Notes: generated from the sequence alone by a model not told the origin. A stretch of 64,000 nt of DNA from Nitrospirota bacterium (GCA_963737155.1 CAVTRN010000001.1:192001-256000), one strand, 5' to 3'; positions 21,208-31,150 are shown, counted from the first letter of the stretch. Made by a program: numbers and translations.

Positions 21208-22899
21208 TCAGGGCGCATGCCTCTGATTCACCCAAGTCCCGTGATTTTTGAATTGGGATCCCATGCGGCGGTGCACACTCTTTATTGTAGCAAGAGGTGG
21301 CCGCATGGATTGCGCTGTCTTCGTTGATGTAAATTTCGTTTGTGGTTCAGCGCAACCTGAGGAGTCCTGTAAGGACCGCCTTGAGCCGGTCAGGCTAATG
21401 CTACCGCCCGCCCGTCTCGTCTTCAGCCTTCTCCAAATGCTCCAGATATGCGCTCCCCGATTCCTTGCAGGTACGGGAGGCGCGATTCTGGCGGAATCAG
21501 GCCTTTCACTGAAATGCTGAGAGCGTCTCGCGATGGCCAGCGCCGCAGCTTCATGCGACGTAATACCATAGCGGTCCACGTAATTAAATTTCCCTATGGT
21601 CGTGGTGAAAGCAGGGTTGACCGGGAGCACGGAAACGCCATGTTTTGCCGCCCTTCTATCCAGCAGGGTGAGGAAGGTTCCGTAGGCGAAACCGGAAAGC
21701 ATCCTTGCGTAAGTAACGCCCTGCTCTTTTAAGGAAGCTTTCTTCTTGCTAAAATCGAGTTCTTCGTGGGATATAGGTTTTCTCGTCTTGGCTGCCCGGT
21801 CCACGATGGACTTGCAGATATCGCTATACATTGCTTCTGTCTGTTCAGTACGCAAATCCTTAACGCAGGATGGATATGTTATGCTCCTGACATAATTCCC
21901 GTACCGGTCGGTCTCGCTAACCGCGATTTCTTTTTCATTGACGTCCACTCCGATAGACCCGATTTCCTTTGGCTTGTAAGTAACTGTTTTTGCCTTTGGA
22001 ATATCTACCGTCGTGTGCAGGTACCAGCCCTTCTCGCCCCTGGTAAACCTGTGAGAAATCGCTATTCCGGCCTGAAGGGCCGTTTCGATATGTTCCTGAC
22101 CATAGGGATATTTTATGCGGGGAATTACAATGGAATGCCCGTATTTGTCCTTCATACAATCAGGGACCCTTAATCTCATCGTCCCATCGGACTTCAGGGT
22201 GCACGTTTGGTTCCCGCCCGATTCGTCCTTCGAGCCAAGGCAAAAGAAAGTGTTATTGCGAGACCTTTTCCAGTCCAGGAGCCATTCATTGTGGCTCTTG
22301 TACCCGTTTTCCTCCAGGGAAAATTGTTTTCTGAATATCTTGTTTGACCCGAAACAAATCCTTACCCGCCGGTTTTTCTGATCTTCCCTGAGCTTGGAAA
22401 GCTTTTGCTCCAAAGAAGCAAGCTTTCGTTTCTTATTATCAACACGATACTGAAGCTCCTTTGCCTGGATCTTTTTTTCAGTGCTTGGGATACTCACATC
22501 ATCCGTTATTTTGAGTATTCTTGACTCATTGTTTGCTATCCACTTTTTTACTGATATTATTTTCTCTTCAAGATCCAGGATTCTGAGCTTGTTGATTTCC
22601 GTTACCGCCTTGATATTCCCGTCCAGGTCATAGCGGACTGCATTGTACTGCCGTGCAGTGATCTTGTACGTTAACAGGTATTCGTTCTTTAATTCTGTTG
22701 TTTTTTTGCCGGAGCGAATGCAGTCTTTAAACAGGGTCCGCTTTATACGGCCATACAAGATGCCCGTATCGTCGAGGATGGCATAAAGAGAGGTCTTTAT
22801 TTCCGGGTAGGGGTGATCATCCAGAAGCATATTTGCAGTGAATGACAGGGTGTCTTTTCCACCACCATTCTTATTTTTGGTGCTTTTCCTAGTTGACAC
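21208..22899 (-). CDS. tnpB: TnpB-related RNA-guided nuclease-like protein (large, no Zn finger, atypical RuvC-III)
   Basis: CFGSNKIF and GSKDESGGNQTC blocks; RuvC-I IGVDVN; RuvC-II HEELDF; VNPAFTTTIG; SHEAAALAIARR; no adjacent transposase. Confidence 0.85.
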   Translation of the reverse strand: MSTRKSTKNKNGGGKDTLSFTANMLLDDHPYPEIKTSLYAILDDTGILYGRIKRTLFKDCIRSGKKTTELKNEYLLTYKITARQYNAVRYDLDGNIKAVTEINKLRILDLEEKIISVKKWIANNESRILKITDDVSIPSTEKKIQAKELQYRVDNKKRKLASLEQKLSKLREDQKNRRVRICFGSNKIFRKQFSLEENGYKSHNEWLLDWKRSRNNTFFCLGSKDESGGNQTCTLKSDGTMRLRVPDCMKDKYGHSIVIPRIKYPYGQEHIETALQAGIAISHRFTRGEKGWYLHTTVDIPKAKTVTYKPKEIGSIGVDVNEKEIAVSETDRYGNYVRSITYPSCVKDLRTEQTEAMYSDICKSIVDRAAKTRKPISHEELDFSKKKASLKEQGVTYARMLSGFAYGTFLTLLDRRAAKHGVSVLPVNPAFTTTIGKFNYVDRYGITSHEAAALAIARRSQHFSERPDSARIAPPVPARNRGAHIWSIWRRLKTRRAGGSISLTGSRRSLQDSSGCAEPQTKFTSTKTAQSMRPPLATIKSVHRRMGSQFKNHGTWVNQRHAP

Positions 22900-23038
22900 T
22901 TTTTACGGCCTCAAGTTGTTAGTTTACTGATGCTTAGCCTTTATTTATATATTCCATTGAACATAATATATCATAAAAGTTGCTAATATACAATTAAAGC
23001 TTGACCAGTTGAGAACCCTCCCTTTTCCGTACTTGATT

Positions 23039-24094
23039 CTACTTAAAACTCTTCAAAAACCGCTTCATATCGAATTCGCTATCCATCATTTCCTTCACCC
23101 GCTCCACCTTGCGCCTCTCGCGGATGCTCGTCTTCCCAAGCCGCACCTCGATTTTATCGATTGTGGTGAAGGTGTCATCCGCTACGGAGATAATGGGGAT
23201 GCCTTTGGCCTGAGCCTTGCCAATAACCACATCATTGGATGTCAGCCCGCCGGTCAGGATAATGCATCGCGTCGAGGTTTCCAATGCCGCTAACTGGATA
23301 TCGGACCGGTGCGCGCCGGTAATCACCGCTTTGTTCTGCATTCTGCGGAAATGGGCCAGTGCGCTGTCCACATCCATGGCGCCCACGGAGAAGTTTTCCA
23401 CGAACTCATCGAGCCGATCTTCGCAGCAGATCACTTTGCCGTTTAGAATTTCGATCAGCTGCCGGATAGAGACAGACTCAAGCGTCCTGTCCTTCGCAAA
23501 GACACCGAAGATTTTTACACCCTTCTTTTCCAGGAAGGGACGCACGGTTTCCTTGACGTGATTAACGGCACTAACCGAAACTTTATTGATGATGCCGCCC
23601 CCGAAGCGGTCGCCCAGTAGTCGGCCTGCGCCGAAAAGAACGTCCGCTGACGCTTCTCCGCGCCAAGATTCAACCATCAAGAGTCTGGCGTTCATGTCGT
23701 TCACAAGGGAAAGGGCGTTTGCCCCGAGCAGCGCCCCCTCGAAAAGATCGCTTGCCCCGCCGATGATCACGAAATCCTTTTTCTTGAAGGACTTGAGTAC
23801 ATCCATGATAATCTTCCTGACATTTCCGATCCCGTCCTGGAAGAGCAGGGTCTGGCTCTCATAGGTTTGGACAAAGGGAGAGATCACCTCCAGCGGCTCC
23901 TCCAGCCCCAAGGTCTCCTTGATGAACAGGGCATCGGCGTCATAAACCGCCTTGCCCTTCTTTACGGGCACCGAACCGATAGGCTTGAGGTACCCGACCT
24001 TAAAGCCCTGTTCGATGAGCTTCATGGCAAGACCGAGGGAGACGAATGTTCGCCCCGAAAAGCCGGAATTAGATGCTATAAATATGGGAACCAT
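23039..24094 (-). CDS. BioD-like/DRTGG-domain protein (Pta N-terminal-like)
   Basis: SGRTFVSLGL, VGYLKPIG, VGAM, ITGAHRSDIQ and IILTGG motifs; no Pta catalytic domain. Confidence 0.85.
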   Translation of the reverse strand: MVPIFIASNSGFSGRTFVSLGLAMKLIEQGFKVGYLKPIGSVPVKKGKAVYDADALFIKETLGLEEPLEVISPFVQTYESQTLLFQDGIGNVRKIIMDVLKSFKKKDFVIIGGASDLFEGALLGANALSLVNDMNARLLMVESWRGEASADVLFGAGRLLGDRFGGGIINKVSVSAVNHVKETVRPFLEKKGVKIFGVFAKDRTLESVSIRQLIEILNGKVICCEDRLDEFVENFSVGAMDVDSALAHFRRMQNKAVITGAHRSDIQLAALETSTRCIILTGGLTSNDVVIGKAQAKGIPIISVADDTFTTIDKIEVRLGKTSIRERRKVERVKEMMDSEFDMKRFLKSFK

Positions 24095-24258
24095 GGTACC
24101 TCCTTAATTCATTGGAGCAAAGGGTCAGTGAGCAGGGGCCATGTCAAATACACATCCCATAAGACCATTAAGGGATCCAAATTCCGACAAAGGCAGGATG
24201 TTCATGATTTCATTGTCGCATGGAATCTCGCCTTGGCCCTGCCCCTTCTGTCCTCACT

Positions 24259-26346
24259 CTATCTTTTAAAAATGATTCTCGCATCAAGCGCCATGGCGCC
24301 TTTCTCCATGACCATGAGCGGATTGATATCCAGCTCCTCAATCTCGGGGAAGTCGGCAATGAAACACGAAAGGTTGACAATATTGCTCGCGATCGCGTCG
24401 ATGTCCGCGGGCCGTTCGCCGCGCGCTCCGCGAAGCAGGCCAGAGGTCCGGATCTCGTTCACCATCGCCACGGCGTCTCTCCGGGCAACTGGGATAATTC
24501 TGAAAGACACGTCTTTCAGGACCTCCACATAAATGCCGCCGAGGCCAAACATGACCATATGGCCAAAGGTCCTGTCATATGTCACTCCCAGGATAACCTC
24601 CTTGCCGCCCTTCACCATCTCGTAGATCATAACGCCCTTGAGGAATGCGTCACGCATGGTGCGCCGGGCGTTCGTTGTGATTTCCGTGAACGCCTCCTCC
24701 GCCTCCTTCGGCGTCTTGATGTTTACACGCACGCCGCCCACATCGGTTTTGTGCAGGATGTCGGGTGAGGATATCTTCATCACTACGGGAAAACCGATCC
24801 TAGAGGCCTGATAGACCGCCTCGCGTGAGGTCCGGGCAAGGGCGCGCTTCGGAAACTGGAAGCCGTAATACGTGAGGATCCCCATGGCTTCTTCCTCACC
24901 CACCTGGTACGAACCGCGCTTGAGGATAGAGGCAATCATCTCCGCTGCGGCATCGAAATTGTACCAGCAAGTCACCAACTCCTCGGGTTTATCGTTTTTC
25001 CATGACCGCTGGTCTGACAGACGTTTAAAAGCCTTAACTGCCAGCTCCGGATATGCAAAATTCGGGATTGACGCTTTTTTCAGTTTGTCGATGGCCGGAC
25101 GGACGCGCTTCTCGCCCATGAACGAGGTTATGACCGGTTTGGCCGTAGACTGTGCCGTGGCAATGACCACATCAGCCGTCTTCTCCATGTCGGTCATGGC
25201 CTGGGGGGTCAGAATCACAAGTATGCCATCTATATTCGGATCTTTTGCAGCCTGCTCCAGCACCGCCGCATATCGTTCCGACGTGGCATCACCTATCACA
25301 TCCACAGGATTGAAAATCGTAGCGTTCGGTGGGAGCTTCCGGGCCATAGCGTCTATGCTCTCTCTGGTCATCTGCGGAAGATCGATACCGAGACGTTCCG
25401 CAGCGTCCGCAGCTATAATACCCGGGCCGCCTGCATTCGTAATCACCAGCAGGCCTTTGCCTGCCGGGATTTTCCCCTCGGCAAAGGCCAAGGCGGTGTC
25501 GAAGAGATCCTGGACACCCTGGGCGCGCATGATGCCTGTTTGTTTGAAGGCTGCGTCAAACGCAGTGTCCGAACCGGCCAGCGCGCCGGTATGCGACGAT
25601 GCAGCGCGCGCGCCCGCTTCGGTGCCGCCGGACTTGAGCAGCACGATAGGCTTGACCTTCGTAGCCTTTTGCGCAATGTCCATGAAACGCCGGCCGTCCA
25701 CAACGTCCTCGATGTATCCCAAGATGAGACTGGTATCGGGGTCGCCCATGAAGTATTCGATGAAGTCGACTTCCGAGAGGTCGGCCTTGTTTCCGAGACT
25801 GACAAATTTTGAGAAGCCGATATCATTTCCAATTGCCCAGTCCATGATGGCAATGCCCATGGCGCCAGACTGGGAGAAGAATCCGATCTTGCCCCGGGGC
25901 AGCATATCGGCAGCGAAGGTCGCATTCATGTCGTTTGCCGTATTGATAAGACCGAGACAGTTGGGCCCCAGGATTCGCATGCCCTGCTCTCTGGCGATTT
26001 TCTTAAGCTCTTCTTCGAGAAGTGTCCCTTCCTTGCCAGCCTCCTTAAAACCAGCGCTAATAATGATGGCCGCCTTGATGCCGGCTGCGCAGCACTCTCG
26101 AAGCGAAGCGGAAACGAACTTGGCCGGAATCACGATGATGGCAAGATCGACATCCCTGCCTATGTCTGAAATTTTAGGATAAGCTTTGAGCCCGAGGATC
26201 TCGCCGCCTGAAGGATTGATAGGGTAAAGGTCGCCTTTGAATTTGAACCGGCAAAGGTTGTTAAGGACGGCGTAGCCTGCTTTCCGCGCATCGGTGGATG
26301 CGCCGATGACCGCAATGGCCCCCGGGTTGAAGAGAGAATCGAGCAT
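24259..26346 (-). CDS. ADP-forming acetate/acyl-CoA ligase, alpha-beta fusion
   Basis: IAVIGAS, GPNCLG, SQSGA, SHTGALAG, NPVD and ATP-grasp HKTDVGGV, LDINPL motifs. Confidence 0.9.
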   Translation of the reverse strand: MLDSLFNPGAIAVIGASTDARKAGYAVLNNLCRFKFKGDLYPINPSGGEILGLKAYPKISDIGRDVDLAIIVIPAKFVSASLRECCAAGIKAAIIISAGFKEAGKEGTLLEEELKKIAREQGMRILGPNCLGLINTANDMNATFAADMLPRGKIGFFSQSGAMGIAIMDWAIGNDIGFSKFVSLGNKADLSEVDFIEYFMGDPDTSLILGYIEDVVDGRRFMDIAQKATKVKPIVLLKSGGTEAGARAASSHTGALAGSDTAFDAAFKQTGIMRAQGVQDLFDTALAFAEGKIPAGKGLLVITNAGGPGIIAADAAERLGIDLPQMTRESIDAMARKLPPNATIFNPVDVIGDATSERYAAVLEQAAKDPNIDGILVILTPQAMTDMEKTADVVIATAQSTAKPVITSFMGEKRVRPAIDKLKKASIPNFAYPELAVKAFKRLSDQRSWKNDKPEELVTCWYNFDAAAEMIASILKRGSYQVGEEEAMGILTYYGFQFPKRALARTSREAVYQASRIGFPVVMKISSPDILHKTDVGGVRVNIKTPKEAEEAFTEITTNARRTMRDAFLKGVMIYEMVKGGKEVILGVTYDRTFGHMVMFGLGGIYVEVLKDVSFRIIPVARRDAVAMVNEIRTSGLLRGARGERPADIDAIASNIVNLSCFIADFPEIEELDINPLMVMEKGAMALDARIIFKR

Positions 26347-26651
26347 GTTATTGATAGTTTAGATGAGAAACATGGAGCGGTCAAGTACAGACAAGTCATT
26401 TCTCTGAATAAGTACACTATTTATATATATAGTTACGCAGAAAATATCTTTTTTTGCCGACGAATTGAAGCACAACTGCAGCGAAGGAGGCTGTATATGC
26501 CACAAAAAAGCCCACTTCATATCACTCTCCCGAAGTAGCAATCTTACGCCGCAGGCAATTGAGCGCTTCTTGCTGCCACCCCCTTGAAAATAAAAAACTC
26601 CTTCCTTTCTGCTATACTCCGTTGTAAAATAGTACGAAATATAAACGTGCG

Positions 26652-28544
26652 GTGATGCAGGAACTACAAAATAAAATAGAAAGAATCAAAGCGCTTTATC
26701 CGGAAAAATTCCCGACCGAGGAACGGATTTTCAGCGCCATCCACCCGGGAAACCGCATCTTTATCGGTACCGGATGCGGCGAGCCGCAATGCCTGGTGAA
26801 GGCGCTTATCAATTACGTCCGCTCCCATCCGAAAGCCTTCTTCGACGCTGAACTGCTCCAGGTATGGACCCTCGGCGTAGCGCCCTATGCCGACGAGAAA
26901 TTCAAGGACAATTTCCGACACAACTCCTTCTTTATCGGCAATAATACGCGCGAAGCGGTAAACCAGGGACTTGCAGACTATACGCCCGTCTTTCTGTCCC
27001 AGGTGCCCGGCTTGTTCCAGAAAAAGCTCGTCCCCGTGGACGTGGCCCTGATCCAAACCTCCCCGCCCGACGCGCACGGCTTCATGAGCCTCGGCATCAG
27101 CGTGGACATCGTAAAAGCCGCGAGCGAAAACGCCTCCCTCGTCATCGCCCAGATCAACTCGTACATGCCGCGCGTCCTGGGAGACACCTTCATAAACATC
27201 AAGGACGTGGACTTCGCCATTCACTGTGACGAGCCGCTGCTCGAATTTGTGGATATCGTAGCAGACGACATTGCGCAGAAAATCGGTACCTTTGTTGCGC
27301 GAATCGTCCAAGATGGCGACACCATCCAGGTCGGCTACGGAAGCATCCCGAACGCGATTCTGGCCCATCTCAAGAACAAGGAGCATCTCGGCGTGCACAC
27401 CGAGCTGCTGACCGACGGCATCGTGGATCTCATGAAAGCGCGCGCTATCGACAATTCCCGCAAGGAATTAAACCGCGGCAAGACCGTGGCCGCTTTCTGC
27501 ATGGGCCAGCATGAAACCTACGATTATCTTCACGACAACCCTGCCATTGAGTTCCGGCCCGTGAACTACACCAATAATCCGACAGTGCTTGCGCGGCAGA
27601 AGAATATGACAGCCATCAATAGCGCACTCGAGATCGATCTCTCGGGCCAAGCCACGGCGGAGTCCTTGGGCAAAAGGTTCTACAGCGGTATTGGCGGCCA
27701 GGCCGACTTCATGCGCGGTGCAATCCTGTCTCAAGGCGGCAAGACCATTCTGGCGCTCCAATCCACCGCCGAGAACGACGAAGTCTCGCGAATCGTCCCA
27801 TTCCTACAGGAGGGCGCTGGCGTTACGCTCTCGCGCGGCGACGTCCACTATGTGGTCACGGAATACGGTATTGCGTATCTCCACGGCAAGAACATCCGCG
27901 AGCGAGCCATGGATCTTATCGCCATCGCGCACCCAAAGTTCCGCGAGCAGCTCATCGAGCAGGCGAAGGAGCGCAACTTGATCTACCGGGACCAGGCCTT
28001 TATTCCCGGCACTCACGGCGTCTATCCCGCAGAGTTGGAAACGTACAAAACCACGCGAACCGGCCTCAACCTGCTGCTTCGCCCGGTAAAACTCTCTGAT
28101 GAGCCTCTCCTCAAGGATTTCTTCTACTCCCTTTCGAACGACTCAATGTATCGCCGTTTCATTTCCACGCGGGTCGATATGCATCATGACCGCCTCCAGC
28201 CTTTCGTGGTGATTGATTATACCAAAGAGATGGTGATCCTCGCTGTGCTCGAGCAGGAGGAGAAGGAACTGATCGTGGGCATGGCCCAGTACCTGATCGA
28301 TGAGCATGCACACACCGCTGAAGTTGCTTTCGTCGTGCGCGATGACTACCAGGGAAAAGGGATCGGTGCGGTGCTGCTCTCCTACGTAACCTACCTCGCA
28401 AAAAAGAGTGGTCTCCTCGGCTTCACTGCGGCCGTGTTGACGGAGAACCGACAGATGCTCCAGTTATTCGAGAAAATGGGATTCAACATCGAGAAAAGGA
28501 ATGACGGCGGTGTCTACGAATTGAAAATGTCGTTCAGGGAGTGA
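26652..28544 (+). CDS. Acetyl-CoA hydrolase/transferase fused to a C-terminal GNAT domain
   Basis: IQVGYG, LGVHTE, SGIGGQADF, VVTEYG; C-terminal AEVAFVVRDDYQGKGIG. Confidence 0.9.
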   Translation: MMQELQNKIERIKALYPEKFPTEERIFSAIHPGNRIFIGTGCGEPQCLVKALINYVRSHPKAFFDAELLQVWTLGVAPYADEKFKDNFRHNSFFIGNNTREAVNQGLADYTPVFLSQVPGLFQKKLVPVDVALIQTSPPDAHGFMSLGISVDIVKAASENASLVIAQINSYMPRVLGDTFINIKDVDFAIHCDEPLLEFVDIVADDIAQKIGTFVARIVQDGDTIQVGYGSIPNAILAHLKNKEHLGVHTELLTDGIVDLMKARAIDNSRKELNRGKTVAAFCMGQHETYDYLHDNPAIEFRPVNYTNNPTVLARQKNMTAINSALEIDLSGQATAESLGKRFYSGIGGQADFMRGAILSQGGKTILALQSTAENDEVSRIVPFLQEGAGVTLSRGDVHYVVTEYGIAYLHGKNIRERAMDLIAIAHPKFREQLIEQAKERNLIYRDQAFIPGTHGVYPAELETYKTTRTGLNLLLRPVKLSDEPLLKDFFYSLSNDSMYRRFISTRVDMHHDRLQPFVVIDYTKEMVILAVLEQEEKELIVGMAQYLIDEHAHTAEVAFVVRDDYQGKGIGAVLLSYVTYLAKKSGLLGFTAAVLTENRQMLQLFEKMGFNIEKRNDGGVYELKMSFRE

Positions 28545-28620
28545 TGCAGTTTGGATGACATTATTTATTGCAACCTCAAGGACTCTCGTTTTTAGATCAC
28601 CCAAGAAAGGGGCTCTCTCC

Positions 28621-29091
28621 ATGAATCTAATCTGGTATTCCCTGTATATTCTTCTCCTCAGCCTCTGGGTCGGGGGCATTGCCATATTCACGTTTATAGT
28701 TACTCCGGCGATCTTCAGGCTCTTTAGACGGGACGAGGCGGGGGCAATCGTGGGCAAGCTCATTCCCCGCTATTTCGCCTATGTTTTTGTGCTCGCCGTG
28801 CTGGCGTTCATCGTTTTTTTCGCCGTGACAGGAGGCGCATCCGATTCCACATCGCGCATCTCATTCTTTCTCCTGATTGCAGCCATGATGGTCAATACCT
28901 ACGTCTCGTTCAAACTCCATCCTGATGCGGTCAAGGTAAAGCAGGAAGTCACCTCCTTTGAGCGGGAATCTCCTGATTCTCCGGCCCGAAAGCGGTTCAG
29001 CCGGCTGCATGCTGTCAGCGCAGTGCTTAATCTCGCAGTCCTGGCCGATGGCATAACCTTGCTCCTGCTGGGGCTCGCGCTGAAGAAATAG
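28621..29091 (+). CDS. DUF4149 family membrane protein
   Basis: LWVGG..FIVTPAIF..AGAIVGKL; FSRLHAVSAVLN. Confidence 0.8.
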   Translation: MNLIWYSLYILLLSLWVGGIAIFTFIVTPAIFRLFRRDEAGAIVGKLIPRYFAYVFVLAVLAFIVFFAVTGGASDSTSRISFFLLIAAMMVNTYVSFKLHPDAVKVKQEVTSFERESPDSPARKRFSRLHAVSAVLNLAVLADGITLLLLGLALKK

Positions 29092-29190
29092 GGCCAAGGA
29101 CATACCTGATTCTATGGAGCGTTCAACTCCATGGCCGGTTGCTTAAATTTATATCATACCGGCTGAAGCGCAAAACGAGATAGATTTCAC

Positions 29191-29218
29191 TTGACATTTT
29201 TGGCTGAATATATAATAT
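29191..29218 (+). promoter_or_regulatory. Putative sigma70 promoter of the tRNA pair
   Basis: TTGACA-N16-TAATAT about 30 bp upstream of tRNA-Val. Confidence 0.55.
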
Positions 29219-29249
29219 TACGGGTCTCAACTTTTTTGGTAGAAGAACC

Positions 29250-29325
29250 GGGCGGATAGCTCAGCTGGGAGAGCACAGCCCTTACAAGGCTGGGGTCACA
29301 GGTTCGATCCCTGTTCCGCCTACCA
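29250..29325 (+). tRNA. tRNA-Val(TAC)
   Basis: Cloverleaf, anticodon loop CTTACAA, GGTTCGATCC, encoded CCA. Confidence 0.97.
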
Positions 29326-29416
29326 TCAAAACAGTTTGGAATTTCGAGTGCACGGTTTTGAGCCAGGATTTTCCACCTCAACAGCAAACTCGCAATCCAA
29401 AACTTGTAACTTGATT

Positions 29417-29493
29417 GGGGTGGTAGTTCAGCTGGTTAGAACGCCGGCCTGTCACGCCGGAGGTCGCGGGTTCGAGCCCCGTCCGCCCCGCCA
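29417..29493 (+). tRNA. tRNA-Asp(GTC)
   Basis: Cloverleaf, anticodon loop CTGTCAC, GGTTCGAGCC, encoded CCA. Confidence 0.97.
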
Positions 29494-29531
29494 TTTAAAC
29501 CGCCTCATTTCTATCTGCAGTGTGTGACGTG

Positions 29532-29594
29532 GTACATAGTTTGACGTAATCGACATACTATGGTACTTTTACACAGTGCGACAAACTATGGTCC
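29532..29594. repeat. Three copies of a ~16-bp motif CGACAAACTATGGT(A/C)C, possibly integrase arm sites
   Basis: Inverted copy 29532-29546; direct copies 29551-29566 and 29579-29594. Confidence 0.55.
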
Positions 29595-29600
29595 TGTCCG

Positions 29601-29845
29601 TGTCCGCACACAATTAAGTTTTTGCTCAAACAATTAAGTCCTTACTATTAAAATCCTCCAGACAATTAAGTTGTTATTTTTTCTCCGTTCTATAATTCGG
29701 AAGTCAGGCATGACACAATGGTATAACGTATAGTGCGTGGTCATGACCTATCAGTGAATTCTCATTTCAGTTCAAACATCACTGCAAAGGCACAGATGTT
29801 CATAGTATCGGGAGACAATAAAGTTTGCCCTGGACAATAAAGTTT
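29601..29845 (+). mobile_element. Tn7-like transposon end with five TnsB-type boxes
   Basis: TGT-N6-ACAATTAAGT start (same spacing as Tn7 TGTGGGCGGACAATAAAGT); boxes ACAAT(T/A)AAGT at 29610, 29630, 29662, 29815 and 29834. Confidence 0.75.
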
Positions 29846-30206
29846 TTTCCAACCGGTTGGCTAGTGGGTTATAAATTCAGATTCAAATATGCAATTATTT
29901 CGATTCCTAATAACTCGCGAGATTTTTCCTTTACTTGTTGATGCCGTCATATTTATAACATTGCAATTATCAATCCGTATTCTGTAACCTTTCTATGAAA
30001 AAAATCTCTGGTCCAATTCTCGACTCATTTATACTACCCACTTACTAACACAATCTCAACTTGATAGCATAGGAATTTGCATTTTCCCCTCCATTTTGCC
30101 CTCCCGAACGTCAAAAAATCGACATCCTCTGCAAAAAATCTAAGAATTATTTTTATGCAATCAATATCATTACGCTATAACTAGTTGTTAATTATTAAAA
30201 ATTGTC

Positions 30207-30223
30207 TTGGCATTGGTATTGCA
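30207..30223 (+). promoter_or_regulatory. Sigma54 (-24/-12) promoter
   Basis: TTGGCATTGGTATTGCA, GG-N10-GC. Confidence 0.65.
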
Positions 30224-30261
30224 ACTAAAGTTTTAATAACCTAGGAGAAACCAAGACCATC

Positions 30262-30480
30262 GTGGAGTCGATTACGAAGGTGAAGGATCAGATCATTCAG
30301 ATTGCGACGGCAGTAGAAGAGCAATCGGCAACGGCTGAGGAAATATCGAAAAATATTGAATCCACCTCAAGCATTTCAAGGAACATGAAAAAATGGCAGG
30401 CAACGTTATCGGTGAAGTGCAGCATCTTTCGGATATCGCCGCGGAACTGGGCAGAGCTTCCGCCGATATTAAATCTGTGA
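30262..30480 (+). pseudogene. Methyl-accepting chemotaxis protein C-terminal fragment
   Basis: QIATAVEEQSATAEEISKNI methylation helix; rest of the gene absent, tail frameshifted. Confidence 0.75.
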
Positions 30481-31010
30481 GTTGCTAACGCAGTTACGAT
30501 GGCCGGAATGACCGTCGCACCACTTCTACCCTAAGTGATGGCCATAGTTCTGAGTGCACTGGTCACAAATATCATGGCCTGCGCACTTGCCTGCTCGCTC
30601 GGAAGGCTTTCCAATGAGAATGAACATAGACCCTTCCTTCGGGCGGATCCACAACAAGCGAAGCCTGTTGCGATTCTGCTCATATCAAACGTTCATGTCA
30701 AGTTTTAGCTTGTATTCTTTGCCCTCATCATAAATTTGACGATGCAATCTTATATATGAAGGCCGGATGGCCAGAATTGTTAGGAAGGTAAATAATTCTG
30801 TTTGAATTATGGATGTTTTGATATGGCTTTTCTGGCAACAAGAACTTCCTGGAGTCTGCAGAAGCTGCATAGTTTGGATATTGTAGAATACATCTCGAAT
30901 TTGTGATATCAAACCCAAATATACTCGACCTACCAATATTTTTTTGCAATAATGTGCCGCTAAAATCCTGCGAAACAGGGAAGGGATGGTGGGTTTTAAA
31001 TGCTATCCCC

Positions 31011-31051
31011 TTTTTGTAGACGTGATTTCCCAGAATGAACATTCTGGGACC
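31011..31051 (+). repeat. 41-bp direct repeat, copy 1, with internal palindrome
   Basis: TTTTTGTAGACGTGATT-TCCCAGAATG-AA-CATTCTGGGA-CC; copy 2 at 33684-33724. Confidence 0.85.
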
Positions 31052-31150
31052 TGAAAAAAGGAGGATAAAAATATGTAATTTATGCGGTTTTTTTGTAGAT
31101 GCTTGTGTGCCGTGGTTTTTTCAAAATCTTAAAAAATGGAGGCAACATTA

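Noticed and set aside
24872-26182. Long antisense ORFs (also 45009..45896, 31382..32254, 58871..59656)
   Set aside because: They mirror well-supported genes on the opposite strand and carry no motifs
30955-31015. Possible GEMM-I cyclic-dinucleotide riboswitch before the cytochrome (GCTAAA..CCTG-CGAAA-CAGG plus terminator-like hairpin)
   Set aside because: Only a first stem is suggestive; the second conserved stem is not visible; needs an Rfam scan
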